Positions 41,101 to 52,991 of a stretch of DNA of 64,000 nucleotides are shown here, piece by piece (the stretch's first letter is position 1; each line of letters begins with the position of its first letter). Source of the DNA: a virus (lineage: Duplodnaviria; Caudoviricetes). A program made the translations under genes and the position numbers. The notes under the pieces were generated by a model. That model searched no databases, was not told the DNA's origin, and saw only the letters and a list, made by a program, of their open reading frames with translations. The stretch spans positions 1-64,000 of the IMG/VR virus record IMGVR_UViG_3300044856_000241, one strand, 5' to 3'.

Positions 41101-42332
41101 ATCAACACCAATCCAGTCATCTACTGGCTCAATTAATCTTCTATTTCCTTGCCACATATTTATACATTCTCGCTTATTCACCATACTTGTTTTCGAAAAC
41201 ATTTTTCTCATCATTATTATTAAATTTCCGGCAATCTTTGAGCGAAATATATTTACTACAATTCGGACAGCTAATTGTGCAATCTTCTGGTTTATAATTT
41301 ATCATTCTTGGTATTGCCACTTCAGAATTATTAAAAATAAAAACTGTTCCACACTGTCCACATACACAACCGTATTCTGCTGGTTCTGGTTTTGGTTTTT
41401 CTAAATGTTTATTATTTACTTGTAAAATTTTCATATCTATGTATTCTCTATTAAATGATTAATTCTCATATTTTTCTTTTAACCTTGCCAACTCCGCAAG
41501 CTCTTTTTCTCTCAATTCTGCTTCTTTTTTTAGTCGTTCTTTTTCTTTAAATGGTGCTAAAAATTTTTTATTCATAAGATCAACATTTTCCTGAAATACA
41601 GTTCCGTCTCCATATGAAAGTAATTCCGCCATATAATCTTGTGCAATTTTTTCTGCTAATTTTCTGTTGTCGTGATCAATATTAACCGCAAAGCATATCC
41701 ATGTTGAACCGCACTCGATATTATTACATCGCAGATTGTCTTCTACATAACATTCATATCTATTTGGTTCTTCTCTCATAATCCATTTTTTACCTATATG
41801 GTCAAATACTATTTCGTGTTGATATTTTAAAGAAACCGTGGATAAATCTCTTTCACCTTCAAGGTTTTTCATTGATTTTACATAATAGTCACCATTACCA
41901 CAAACGCAACAATACTTATTCGCTTCTTCTTCATTATTGAAATATCCAACTAAATACCAGTCACTATAACATCCACCAAATACTCCATAAATCATTTTTT
42001 TCTCTCCTTTTCAAACAACGGTTTAATCGCCCTATTTGACATTTAAAACAGCATTTTTGTCAAAAGTAATGCCAATTTTATTTAACATTTCTTTTATATC
42101 TACATTTATTGTGACATTTCTATTTGCAATTATTTTATAAATCACATTGCCAGCCGGGTCTGTAATATCTTCTGAATCGCACTTTACTTCAACATTAATT
42201 GTTGACAGCATCTTTTCATAATTTTCAGACTAACGTTTCATTGTGAGATAATCGTCTTCGCTCAATCTTAAACGCTCTATAAAATTATGCCACTTTTGTT
42301 CTAATCGTTTGATTTTCATGTGTATTCTCTCC

Positions 42333-42755
42333 TTACTCAACTCTTTTATCTGAAATAGAGATATCCCATAATCCATATGAACCTGACATGATAAATGATC
42401 CCATTCTAAATGAATCATCCAATACAGTTCCTACTTCTACAGAATCATAAAATTCTTTACTTACAGGAATATCAATGTCCACATCATTCATATCATCTTT
42501 GATATATGAATCAATCTCCCAGAATGGATGAGACTGCGCAACATTAATTGTTACTACATATACAGCAGTACCATTGTCAATTTTCTTATCAACAACCTCA
42601 GCTTCAAGTTTTTCTTTCTGTTGCTTTAGATCATCAATCTGACTCTGTAATTGTGATACTTCAGCACTCATGTTTTCTGTTTTATTACCGCAACCGGTAA
42701 ATAATGCTGTTGCACATACAACAGTTGCAAATAAACCAATCAATTTCTTTTTCAT
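42333..42755 (-). CDS. Lipoprotein with coiled coil
   Basis: Lipobox FTGC after a hydrophobic signal peptide. Confidence 0.7.
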   Translation of the reverse strand: MKKKLIGLFATVVCATALFTGCGNKTENMSAEVSQLQSQIDDLKQQKEKLEAEVVDKKIDNGTAVYVVTINVAQSHPFWEIDSYIKDDMNDVDIDIPVSKEFYDSVEVGTVLDDSFRMGSFIMSGSYGLWDISISDKRVE

Positions 42756-43169
42756 TTCTATATTCTCCTTACTTCTTTCTTCCTACTGTAAATATCCAAT
42801 AGAACAATTTATATACTGCACAACAAAATAGCCGCCGGATAGAACATTACTATAATAAATAATGTTCCACATAACACTCCTAGCCAATTCAAATTATCCC
42901 ATGTTTTGTAGTTACATTTTGGATTGAAATAAGAATAATCCATACCGATTTCATAGGAATATAAACTAAACATGGCTGCTATAAGCGTAAAAATAATAAA
43001 AAATATTACTAAAATTTCTACCATTATTTTTCTCTCCTCAAAATTTCAATAACCACTTTATCCGCATCAGTATTCAATGCTTCGGATAATTCATATTTAA
43101 ATGCATTGCATCTATACTCGTCTAATGTACATTTAATATGTACTTCGTCATGTTTAATCACTTGATATG

Positions 43170-43385
43170 TCATTCTACGCTCTCCACACTTATAACAAAC
43201 CCACAACCTCTTTTATGAAGTTTATTCCATTCTTCAATAGTCAACATATCTGAATATGTCCCATAAGACCACCTACTACCACATTTCTTACAATGAATTG
43301 ATGGATCTTGTGACCATGGTTTTGATGGAGATAAATACACTTCTCCGCCACAATGACATTTTTCTAATTTATATTCTTCCTTCAC
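43170..43385 (-). CDS. Lar-like zinc-binding protein
   Basis: LEKCHCGGE...CKKCG...IEEWN. Confidence 0.55.
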   Translation of the reverse strand: MKEEYKLEKCHCGGEVYLSPSKPWSQDPSIHCKKCGSRWSYGTYSDMLTIEEWNKLHKRGCGFVISVESVE

Positions 43386-46300
43386 GATATCTACCTCTTG
43401 TTTTCAAAAATATAATCTTTAATTAGCTTTTTATATCCAAACGGTGAATCTACTACTCGATTCGAGTATTGGAATTGTTTTAAGAATTGCATTACCTGAT
43501 ATGCATCCTGATGCGCGAGTGGCATAAACTTTACATATTTCGGATGACCTTGGATGCATATAACTGCCCAAGAATGTTCATTTGATTTGAAACCAACGTC
43601 AACACCGACATCTATTAGCTGTTCTATTAATTTTTGAGTAGCATCTAAATCTGCTTTAGCGATTTTGGCAGCAACATTGGCTTTGTTGTGTTCATTACAT
43701 GCTTCTTCATATTTAGAGATTGCGTCATTTAATGCTAACAACTCATCTTTGAACAACCAGTTCTTTAATTTTTCTCTCAATTTCATATTATTTTCCCTAG
43801 TTGAAAGCGCAGTTTCATCTACTCAAAATATTCACATATGTTTTGCTACGCTCATTCAGATTAATTTCATATACTTTGAAGAAATAGCTATACTTTTCCT
43901 CCAACTCTTCTAATGCTCTCTGTACATGTTCTTCATCATATACACCAAAGATATTGATCTCAACACCCCATGAATCTTCGTATGTATTTGCGCTAATTAC
44001 ATATAATTTCATTATTCTTCATTCTCCATTTTTTCATGCCACGCATCCAACACAGTAAGTAGCATTTCTCCTTTTTCAGTGAGCCAACATCCGCCAATAC
44101 TACTTCCGTGTTCTGTAAAATCATAATGATCCAAAACGTACATCATAAATTGAAGAACGCCATGTTCTGTGTCATTATCTACATCAATACATAGCTGCGT
44201 CTTATATTGCTCTTTAATCCCATCCCATGTAATATCTTTGTTCTCATGCCGAAGTTTTCTGATATGTAAATATCTTCTGATTGCTTCATATGTATCTTCC
44301 GGATTACCACATCCGCATAAATGTAATACATCAAACATGTAATAGTTCATTAATGAATCGATTAGAGATTCTTCGTACCAACTTTCTCTACAACCAGGAA
44401 TCACTTCACCGTTGTATACCATGTAGCAATCTGGATTAATTTTTGCAATATGTTCTGCAATTTCACTTAATTTCATTATTCTTTATTCTCCTAATTCTTC
44501 TTCGATTTGTTTCTGTAGTAACTCTTGAAAATTAGATCCAGAATAAAAATTATGTTCAAAAAATTTTAACCAAAGCATCATTTCTTCAATATCATCAGAA
44601 CCAAAATCCTTATGTATAGCATATGACAACGCCCTCAAAATATTTGGGCTAATATCTTTGTCATATCTGTCAAGAACTTTTCTAATAGTTTTGAATCTGT
44701 TCTCTTCTTTCTTCACTTCTGAAGTTGGTGGAATAAATAAATCATTAGAAATACCTTTATAATCTTCAGATTTCATAGTTATAATAAAAGCTTCTTCTTT
44801 TACATCTTCCAGAATACATGTAATATCATCATCCAGCCGGTTATAATTATTGGTATGTTTGTCCACAGCTGCAATTACTTCACTTTCCAGAAGCAATCTA
44901 TCTTTCTTATTCGCCATCTTTTCTCTCAATTCCTTCCTCAATAATATTTAAAATATCTGTTATACTTCGGTCTACACGATCAAAACAACACTGCAATGAT
45001 TTATACTCACCAAGAACACCTTCAGCATCTAATAAATTAGCAATATCTGATAAAATATCTTGTGCGTTGATAATTGCATCATACTCTTCTCTTGTCAGTT
45101 CAATTGATACCTTTGTAACTGTTCTCATATTTATATATTCTCTCCTACTCCATGTTTATTTCATAGTTACCTTCTTCTGTTAATGTATTTGACGGGACTG
45201 TGATGATATATTCTTTTTCTGTATTATCACTAAGATCTGTTCTTGCCAACAAACACAACCATGGATCAAATACTTTCCATCCGGTAGCTTTCTCCCAATC
45301 TATTTTTTCTTGATGTACTTCTATGTTCGGATGTACATCATCATTATATTTGATGTAAGAACTATCAGCTGGTACATGTCCAATAATCTCTCCTTTATCC
45401 ATTGTTCTTGAAAAGAAATAACTTAATTCTCCGTCAATATGTCCGCTTCTGTAATATATATATCCTTCAGTTACAAGGTTGTCTTTCATTGAATTAATGT
45501 TGAATTTATAAGAATAATCATATGTTGGGAAAACTGGTAAACAGATTACAATAAATGTAAGAAGTCCAGAAACAATAAAAGTTATCATCGCACTAAGAAT
45601 AAAACCACATACCACATCTTTTTTAAAACTGCATTCATCAAAATGTTTATAATTATACCAGCCATTCTTATATCTTTTTTGTATACCATCATCATTATTA
45701 AAAAATACCCACAACATAAAAATTGCCATTAATATGATAAATATCATCGTTTTCACCTCCCGGTTGAAAGAATAATTTTATGTATCATTCAAAGTAACTA
45801 TCAACTTCTTCGTCTGTTGGTGCTGCCATTTCTCCACAAATTTCTTTATAAACTTCTGGAGGAATATCACCTAATGAATGATCCTGTACATATAGTTCGT
45901 ATGAATCAAATGGAAAATGTAAAATCATTGTTCCTCACCTCAATTCTGACATCTTCATAAGTTCTACAATTTCTTCTTCCGTCAAATTTCTACCAAATTC
46001 CTGCCACATATCTGTCATTTCATGTATTTTTTTCTTTGTCGAAATAATCCGGAAGTTCCATTAAAACATTACTCAGTTCTTCTAAATTTTTGTATTTTCT
46101 CATAGTGTTACACGCTAACTCACATGCCTCATCTACTTTGGCAATTGTGGCATAGTATCTATCTTTGTCATTGTCAGTAATGATTGAGGCTCTGATTTTC
46201 TCGATCTCAGCTTCTGAAGTGGCTGGATCGAGAATTCTAATTGCTTTTTCTATTGTCATAATATTATTCTCCTTTTAATACCAATAATTGCTTGAGTAAT

Positions 46301-46531
46301 TCCAGCTAATTCTAATTGTCTCTGTGCTTTTCTAAATACATAATCAATATTTTCTGTTGGTTTAATAGTTCCATCTTCTTCCAAATGTTTATTTGGAATC
46401 CAAACATTTTGGTTCGTATTATTGATAGTAAAACGCTTCGCTTTCATATTTTTATATTTTCTATGTATAAGCTTTAAAGGGATTCCTTTGTAATACTGCA
46501 TCTCATAGTTCATATTCATACTTATTCTCTC

Positions 46532-47062
46532 CTACTTGAACAGATTCTTTAGATAATACTCAAAATATCCTCTAATGAACAACCCAGAATACTTATTATC
46601 TGGCATGAAGAATACAGGAATATCATATTTAAACCATATAGAATGAATTGAAGCCCAAAATGATTTTTTGTTATACTTCGTATCATAATTACCAGTTGCA
46701 ATATCAGCATAAGAACCATTTTCGATCAATAACACTTTATTCTCTGGAGCAAGACACAATTCTTTCTCAAATCTATCTCTTCCATTCGTAAGATTCCCGC
46801 TTATCTCTTCAAGGCTTCCTTTTCTTTCAACAACAATTCTTTTATCAAAATATAAATCTCTTGGTATTGATAATTTATTATTCTCTTCAATCATGAAGCT
46901 ATAATCACCATAACTGAGTGCTTTCTTTTTATACTTGATATTTTTACGGTCGAAGTAGTCAAGTATGTGCTGACACTTCTGTTCACGTGTATCAATAAGG
47001 ATTACGATGGACGAGATTAACTCATCCATCTCCTTATCTGTATATTTGTAATTACTAAACAT
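46532..47062 (-). CDS. ERCC4-domain nuclease (putative resolvase)
   Basis: IDTREQ, LSYGDYS, VVERKGSLEE. Confidence 0.88.
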   Translation of the reverse strand: MFSNYKYTDKEMDELISSIVILIDTREQKCQHILDYFDRKNIKYKKKALSYGDYSFMIEENNKLSIPRDLYFDKRIVVERKGSLEEISGNLTNGRDRFEKELCLAPENKVLLIENGSYADIATGNYDTKYNKKSFWASIHSIWFKYDIPVFFMPDNKYSGLFIRGYFEYYLKNLFK

Positions 47063-50000
47063 CCTCTTCTTCCTCAATTTCATCTTTTATCATGAATTTT
47101 TTCAGCCAAAATTCAAATTTTCCTGGAACATCCGCGTATATTTTTTTGCCTGTATCTGGATTTATTTCACCAGTAGGTTCTCTTTTATTCTTCTTTTCAA
47201 GTGAAAAAATCCAAAGAATCGATCCTTCTTCGAATCGTTGTTTTGAAAACTGACTTGTCCACATTTTGACCTGGCGAGTTTTACCACTATAGATTTCATA
47301 TAAAGAAATATTTACAATGGTTTTTCTTTCATCGATATTTGACACATAATAAAAACGTTTGCTAACTGTCGGATCAAAAATATTAATAATACCAAGAATT
47401 TGTTGTTGATTGTCTAACATCTCTTTTAATGACAACTTTCTATAAGGTATCATCTGTATTAATGTAAGAATAAGTTTTGCAGAATCTAATTTATTAAATT
47501 GTTTTTCTGTTTCATTACCATATTCTTTTAATATATCAAACGGGATATTGTATTCTCTTGCTTTATCTTTTGAGATCTGTTTTCTTCCATTTAATAAGTC
47601 ATAATATTTCATTGTTTCAAGAAGAGTATTTACATTTCCATATTTTTTGAAATAATTGAGCCTAATCAACTTATTTATAATTGTCTTGTTAATGGAATTT
47701 GAAATAAGTGCAGACAAAACATCTGTAAATGATTGATATTCAAATTGCCCCAATTCATAAAGAGCACCTACAACTCCTTCTCCAAAGCCTTTTACACTTG
47801 ATAAATTAGGATATATTGTTTTATTATCTTCATTAATTGTTACTTTTCTATTATCTGCGCCAAATTCATAATCTCCTAATTTATAACCCCAAAAATTAAT
47901 AGCTTCTTTTACCAATGCATCTATTTTATCTTTTTTATTTTTTTCTTGATAATGGTTGATTGCTACTTCGTAGAATTTTTTTGTATGATGTGCTTTAAAC
48001 CATGCCTGATATGCAGAGTCCCCCGACATCGACCAAGCATGTGGAGCATTGAAGGCATACGAGCCAGAAGCCTCTATTACATTCCAAACATTATTGAAAT
48101 TATTCAGTGCTCCAATTTCTTTCTTCCAACCAATTGTCAGCTTATTTAATAATTCTTCAAGCATCTCCGGATGATCTCTGTATTTCTTTTTAGAGATATT
48201 TTTGATTACTCCATATGTTTCAGACATTTGAAATTGCAAGAATGAAAGAACTTTCATAATAGATTCCTGATAGATCATAAAATGTGCAGTGTCAGATAAT
48301 AACGCATCAATTTTCTTTTCTCCTGTTGTATAAGGTTCACGATTTAAGAATGTATTCAATAGAGAAGAAAATCCTGGTCTAATAGCTGCAATAAAACTAC
48401 TTAACTCTGCTAAATTTTGTGGTTTATATTTTTTTACACGATTAGTTGTAGCTTCTTTCTCACATTGATTTACACAGCATGTAATTCCATTTGCATAGAT
48501 ATCCCAAGTTTCTTTATCGCCATCAATCATTTCTCGTAACTTTTCAAACGATGGAACTTCCATTCCAATACTATGAAAAAATTTATATGTAAGATATACA
48601 CTATCTACAATAAGAAAGTCTTCTTTTACATATCCAAATTCATCCAGATATCCACCCTCAATAGCAGCACAAATAGTTCTTTTGCCTGTTGATTCTGAAA
48701 CGGCACTGATTAATCCAACTTCTCTCCTAATGTCTCCATCAAAAATAAAGTGACCGCAAGCATGAACTTTTAAATTAATAGTAATTCCTTGATATTCATT
48801 GCTTTGTTTAAATAATTTAGCGTATCCTTCTGGGATAAAATCTTCTACATGAATATTCTCTTTTTCTTCATCATCTGCATACTTTAATGCTTTGTTATAA
48901 TCATCAAGATATTTTGAAATTTTATTAGCATCTTCAGGACTAACATCATTTACTCCAGCATATAGTTGCCATGCAGCTTTTTCTTTTAGTTTTTCAATTG
49001 CCATCAATGGATAACAACCATGTTCTCCTAATAATTTTCGAGCTGCCTTCACAAATGGTTCCTGTGTAGCAACATTTAAATCTATATCAGGCATTTGTCC
49101 TGCAAGAACACGCTCTTTTGTCAAAAACCGTTCTGGATAAATAGGAATATCTGCATTAAATCGATCAACAGTTGTAAGTCCTAGAAGTTTATTTGTGATA
49201 TATGAAGCAGCACTTCCTCTTGATGTTGTAGTTAATATTCCACCTTCGTTTTCTACTGCATCATCCACAATAGCTTTACTTGTTAAAAAGTAATCAACGA
49301 CACCAGAATCCATAACCTGTTTTGCTTCATACCTAATACCATCCGCTTTTTCTTTTGATTTTTCTTTTTCTTTAGAATATGCTTTATTTAAAATATCCTT
49401 ATAAATCTTACACTTTTCTTTATATGTTTTTTCTTTATGTACACTTGGAATTTTAAATTTTCTATCAAAAACAATTTCTTCACATTCCGACACAAAAACA
49501 TTTGTGTTCATAATTGCCATAAAAATTTCTTCAATAGAAAGAACTCCTTGTTTCAAAAATCTTTCAATTACGGTTTGAGTATCGGGATAATCGAGATACC
49601 ATCCCTGTTCATCAGGATAATTAATATTTTTATATTTCAAAATCTGATCACGTTTTATTGAATTTTCTTGTTTTATATAATGACTATCAAGACCACAAAT
49701 AATTTGAATATTATTTTCTTTTGCTATGCTCAAAATCTTTTTATTCAATGCCTTTTGGGAATCTGTGTTATGGTACTGTACTTCTAAAAAGAAATTATCT
49801 CCAAAATATTCGTGAACTTTTAACCAAATATTTTCGGCATCTTCATAATTCCATCCGGCTAAACAGGCAGAAGTTACTATTACATTATCTTTTGGAATAT
49901 TGAACAATAAATCTAAATCTATTCTTGGTTTATAATAGTATCCGTTAATATTCGCCATTGAAAGAGCGTAATTAATATCTTCTCTTCCTTGAGCATTTTT

Positions 50001-50354
50001 TGCAACAATTATCATATGACAATTAGCTCGATCTTTTTCTTTTCTGTCTTTTACCCAATATGCTTCTGTGGAATGAATGTATTTTAGGTGTTCTTTTTCT
50101 GCAACTTTGTATACTTTAAATTGATTCCCTTGAGAACCATGTTCTCCTGAATATAAGCACTTTGTTCCAAATTCATGAATTCTATTAGCATAATTTTCAA
50201 TTGATTCCGCACAATCCGGTGTTGATGTATTGCTAAAATCTTTATGACAATGATAATTCTCAAGATATAAATTTTTCGCAAAATCCTCTGCTGAATAAGG
50301 AAATTTAAACTTAAGTTTCGGTAATAGGTTTTCTACTAAGTCTAAATATTCTAT
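47055..50354 (-). CDS. dnaE: DNA polymerase III alpha subunit (PHP plus family C polymerase)
   Basis: NYHCHK PHP motif, SRGSAAS, MPDIDL, HACG, YAFNAPHA. Probable ATA start after GGAGG. Confidence 0.93.
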   Translation of the reverse strand: MEYLDLVENLLPKLKFKFPYSAEDFAKNLYLENYHCHKDFSNTSTPDCAESIENYANRIHEFGTKCLYSGEHGSQGNQFKVYKVAEKEHLKYIHSTEAYWVKDRKEKDRANCHMIIVAKNAQGREDINYALSMANINGYYYKPRIDLDLLFNIPKDNVIVTSACLAGWNYEDAENIWLKVHEYFGDNFFLEVQYHNTDSQKALNKKILSIAKENNIQIICGLDSHYIKQENSIKRDQILKYKNINYPDEQGWYLDYPDTQTVIERFLKQGVLSIEEIFMAIMNTNVFVSECEEIVFDRKFKIPSVHKEKTYKEKCKIYKDILNKAYSKEKEKSKEKADGIRYEAKQVMDSGVVDYFLTSKAIVDDAVENEGGILTTTSRGSAASYITNKLLGLTTVDRFNADIPIYPERFLTKERVLAGQMPDIDLNVATQEPFVKAARKLLGEHGCYPLMAIEKLKEKAAWQLYAGVNDVSPEDANKISKYLDDYNKALKYADDEEKENIHVEDFIPEGYAKLFKQSNEYQGITINLKVHACGHFIFDGDIRREVGLISAVSESTGKRTICAAIEGGYLDEFGYVKEDFLIVDSVYLTYKFFHSIGMEVPSFEKLREMIDGDKETWDIYANGITCCVNQCEKEATTNRVKKYKPQNLAELSSFIAAIRPGFSSLLNTFLNREPYTTGEKKIDALLSDTAHFMIYQESIMKVLSFLQFQMSETYGVIKNISKKKYRDHPEMLEELLNKLTIGWKKEIGALNNFNNVWNVIEASGSYAFNAPHAWSMSGDSAYQAWFKAHHTKKFYEVAINHYQEKNKKDKIDALVKEAINFWGYKLGDYEFGADNRKVTINEDNKTIYPNLSSVKGFGEGVVGALYELGQFEYQSFTDVLSALISNSINKTIINKLIRLNYFKKYGNVNTLLETMKYYDLLNGRKQISKDKAREYNIPFDILKEYGNETEKQFNKLDSAKLILTLIQMIPYRKLSLKEMLDNQQQILGIINIFDPTVSKRFYYVSNIDERKTIVNISLYEIYSGKTRQVKMWTSQFSKQRFEEGSILWIFSLEKKNKREPTGEINPDTGKKIYADVPGKFEFWLKKFMIKDEIEEEEDV

Positions 50355-50355
50355 A

Positions 50356-51975
50356 TCAATCAACCTCCTCAATAGAATCACAAACTGCTTTTAACACAAA
50401 TTTTCTACCTAACCAACCAGAATCGAGCGTCACCACAGCTTCCAATTCATCTCCCATCATTGAATGATCTTCCATATAGTCAAATGATCCATTAAAATTC
50501 CACTTAATAAACTGTAAAAAATCGTTTGGTTTTACCACTAAGTGCTTATAATCGCTCATTTGACCTATTTCGTATTCATCAATCCCATCAACAAAAAATC
50601 GAAATTGTTTAAATCCTGTACCAGATACAAAATCCAGCTCTTTTACGCCGTCAATTAATTTTCTGGTAATATCAGATACATCAATTTGTGCATCTACTGT
50701 AATTGTTGTTTCTGTTGATAATTCTGGAAGATTATCCTCGATATAAAAAATGAAATCATCAAAATTAGATTTTTCGATTTTAATACCTGACGCAAGTTCA
50801 TGACCATCAGCTTGTGCCAATCCGCTGTCATTACATATTTTTCTGAAATCATCTACGCCAACAGCTCTCATAGAACCGGAATATGCGTCTTCAACATTTT
50901 TTAAAACAAGAATTGGTTTTTGATATTTCTCAAGAAGTTTGTTTGCTAAAAGTCCTGCGATGCCAAATTTTGTATCAATAAACGCATATACCATTTTTTT
51001 ATCTGACTGTAAATCACACTGAGCAATTACATCAGGAAGTAATCGTTCAACTTCTTCATTCTGTTGCTCCTTGCATGATTTTAATACTTTCACATATTTC
51101 AGGACTTCTTTGTTTTCATCTGCCATAAAAGCAGACATAGCATCTTCATTTTTACCAATTCGGTTTGCCGCATTAACCAACGGAGCAATACTGAAAGAAA
51201 TCGCCGTGCTGTTGAATGGGAAACTACCAACAATTTTTTTAACTGCTGGATTATAAATCTTTTGCAATCCTTTATATACAATATATCTATTCTCCATCAC
51301 GGTCATATCAACCATATCCGCCACAAGTCCACATGCTGCCAAGTCCATCAGTTCATCAGCATATGACATACTATATCTCTTGTCTAGGTATTTACAAAAT
51401 TTCCACGTAACACCTGCACCTGATAATGCCGGATTATCGTAATCACGCTGAGAAGATACTAAAATAGCATAATCATCATATGGAATTTCTGGTTTAATTG
51501 CATGGTGATCTAAAATGATAATATCTACACCAGCTTCCGCTAACTTTTTATATTGTTCGACACTATTATCCAAACTATCTACAATGATTAGCAGGTCTAA
51601 CATTTCAAACTTTTTCAAGTCCTGACCTTTTAAACCATGCTTCTTACCATAATCAATATATGTATTCATTTTCGTTGTAAGGAAATTTTGCAAATATCGT
51701 GTAATAATAGTGCCGGACGACACGCCATCCAAATCCGTATCCCACAACACGCCTACCCATTCATCATTTTTAATTGCTTGATCAACACGTTCTGCCGCCA
51801 CGCCTATGTACGTCATACTGTCGAGCGGTAGCATATATTCTTCCGTAGGATGTAAAAAAGAGTCTGGATCATTAATACCTCTACTTTCCAATAAAGTATC
51901 AATGATCTCCTCTTCGTACATCCCACGGCAATCATTTAAAATATTATAATTCTTCTTCGTCTCTACTATCTCCAA
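50356..51975 (-). CDS. recJ: RecJ-like ssDNA exonuclease (DHH/DHHA1)
   Basis: DTDLDG, ILDHH, LSGAGV, GSMR, GHELASG. Confidence 0.88.
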   Translation of the reverse strand: MEIVETKKNYNILNDCRGMYEEEIIDTLLESRGINDPDSFLHPTEEYMLPLDSMTYIGVAAERVDQAIKNDEWVGVLWDTDLDGVSSGTIITRYLQNFLTTKMNTYIDYGKKHGLKGQDLKKFEMLDLLIIVDSLDNSVEQYKKLAEAGVDIIILDHHAIKPEIPYDDYAILVSSQRDYDNPALSGAGVTWKFCKYLDKRYSMSYADELMDLAACGLVADMVDMTVMENRYIVYKGLQKIYNPAVKKIVGSFPFNSTAISFSIAPLVNAANRIGKNEDAMSAFMADENKEVLKYVKVLKSCKEQQNEEVERLLPDVIAQCDLQSDKKMVYAFIDTKFGIAGLLANKLLEKYQKPILVLKNVEDAYSGSMRAVGVDDFRKICNDSGLAQADGHELASGIKIEKSNFDDFIFYIEDNLPELSTETTITVDAQIDVSDITRKLIDGVKELDFVSGTGFKQFRFFVDGIDEYEIGQMSDYKHLVVKPNDFLQFIKWNFNGSFDYMEDHSMMGDELEAVVTLDSGWLGRKFVLKAVCDSIEEVD

Positions 51976-52972
51976 TCATTTTTATTTCATTTTCCAAAAT
52001 GTAATATAATCGTTCTTTACCTAAATCAGATGGTGACGACTTATTAGGATAATCCTTATCAAAGAAATCCCAATATCCGATTTCAATTTCAGCAAACCGC
52101 GAATATGCTTGTACCATTCTGATATTACGTTCTATATATTCATATTTGTAACCAACATCATGCATAAAAATTACTCTATGTGGGTTAAGTTCCAATAAAA
52201 GCTGTACCTGTTTTGAACTAACTGTTCCCGATCCAAGTGCAACACAATTTCTTATTCCGTATGAATAACACTGAAGAACGGATTTCTCCGCTTCAAAGAT
52301 TAATATTACTCCACCGGTAAGATACTCATAGTTTTGATAATATCCGTAGAGTGTCAAACTCATCTGACATGGTTCTGCGTAAAAATACTTCATTTCTCCA
52401 TCAGGAACTTCATAATTGAATCGTTCCTTTACACCCATGAGTTGTCCATACGGATTTCTTATTGGGATTGTGATTCCTTGTGCCTCAATATCATAACCAA
52501 TCTCAAATTTTTTCTGCGCTCCAAGCGAAATATTATCTTGAAGAAATCTTAAATTACAAATATGTTGATATTGGTCAAGAACCGATTCATCATATATTTT
52601 TTCTTTACATACACTTTTCTTGTGAACATGCTTATAAAATCCGCCAAAAATCCCACGTTTGTTAAAGTACTCATAATAATCAGAGATACCAAGTTCTTTT
52701 TTTACAACGTTAAGTACATCTTTAAACTCAACATGTCGTTGTGAAATAATGTACGAAAACATATCCTGATTGATATTTCTCGGATAATCATTCACATATA
52801 GATACTTGTTACCCTCTAATTTGATTACGATTGACTTCTTAGAAGATTCAGCATCTCTTCCAAACTGGATATATTTCGGTCGTACCACAATATTGCAGTA
52901 GCCGAAATGTTCCAGTACGTTCCGTAGTTTTTCTGGATGTTCTATAAGCTCTTTTTTAATTTCTTCAAGCAT
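51944..52972 (-). CDS. DNA primase (TOPRIM)
   Basis: ITIPIRN..G.LMGVKER, IFEAEKS, VALG, FMHD; downstream of the helicase. Confidence 0.8.
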   Translation of the reverse strand: MLEEIKKELIEHPEKLRNVLEHFGYCNIVVRPKYIQFGRDAESSKKSIVIKLEGNKYLYVNDYPRNINQDMFSYIISQRHVEFKDVLNVVKKELGISDYYEYFNKRGIFGGFYKHVHKKSVCKEKIYDESVLDQYQHICNLRFLQDNISLGAQKKFEIGYDIEAQGITIPIRNPYGQLMGVKERFNYEVPDGEMKYFYAEPCQMSLTLYGYYQNYEYLTGGVILIFEAEKSVLQCYSYGIRNCVALGSGTVSSKQVQLLLELNPHRVIFMHDVGYKYEYIERNIRMVQAYSRFAEIEIGYWDFFDKDYPNKSSPSDLGKERLYYILENEIKMIGDSRDEEEL

Positions 52973-52991
52973 ACTTCACTCCAAAACTAAT

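Larger units (their letters stand above)
38263..46519 (-). other. Cluster of about 25 small early/accessory ORFs (50-200 aa), incl. membrane proteins (40179, 42809, 45145), a lipoprotein (42333) and zinc-binding/Lar-like proteins (41174, 43170)
   Basis: Tightly packed co-oriented ORFs with SD sequences; mostly no recognisable families. Confidence 0.75.

Noticed and set aside
47055-50354. Inteins in DnaE, DnaB or NrdD
   Set aside because: Lengths are ordinary and no intein splice-junction or LAGLIDADG blocks were seen.
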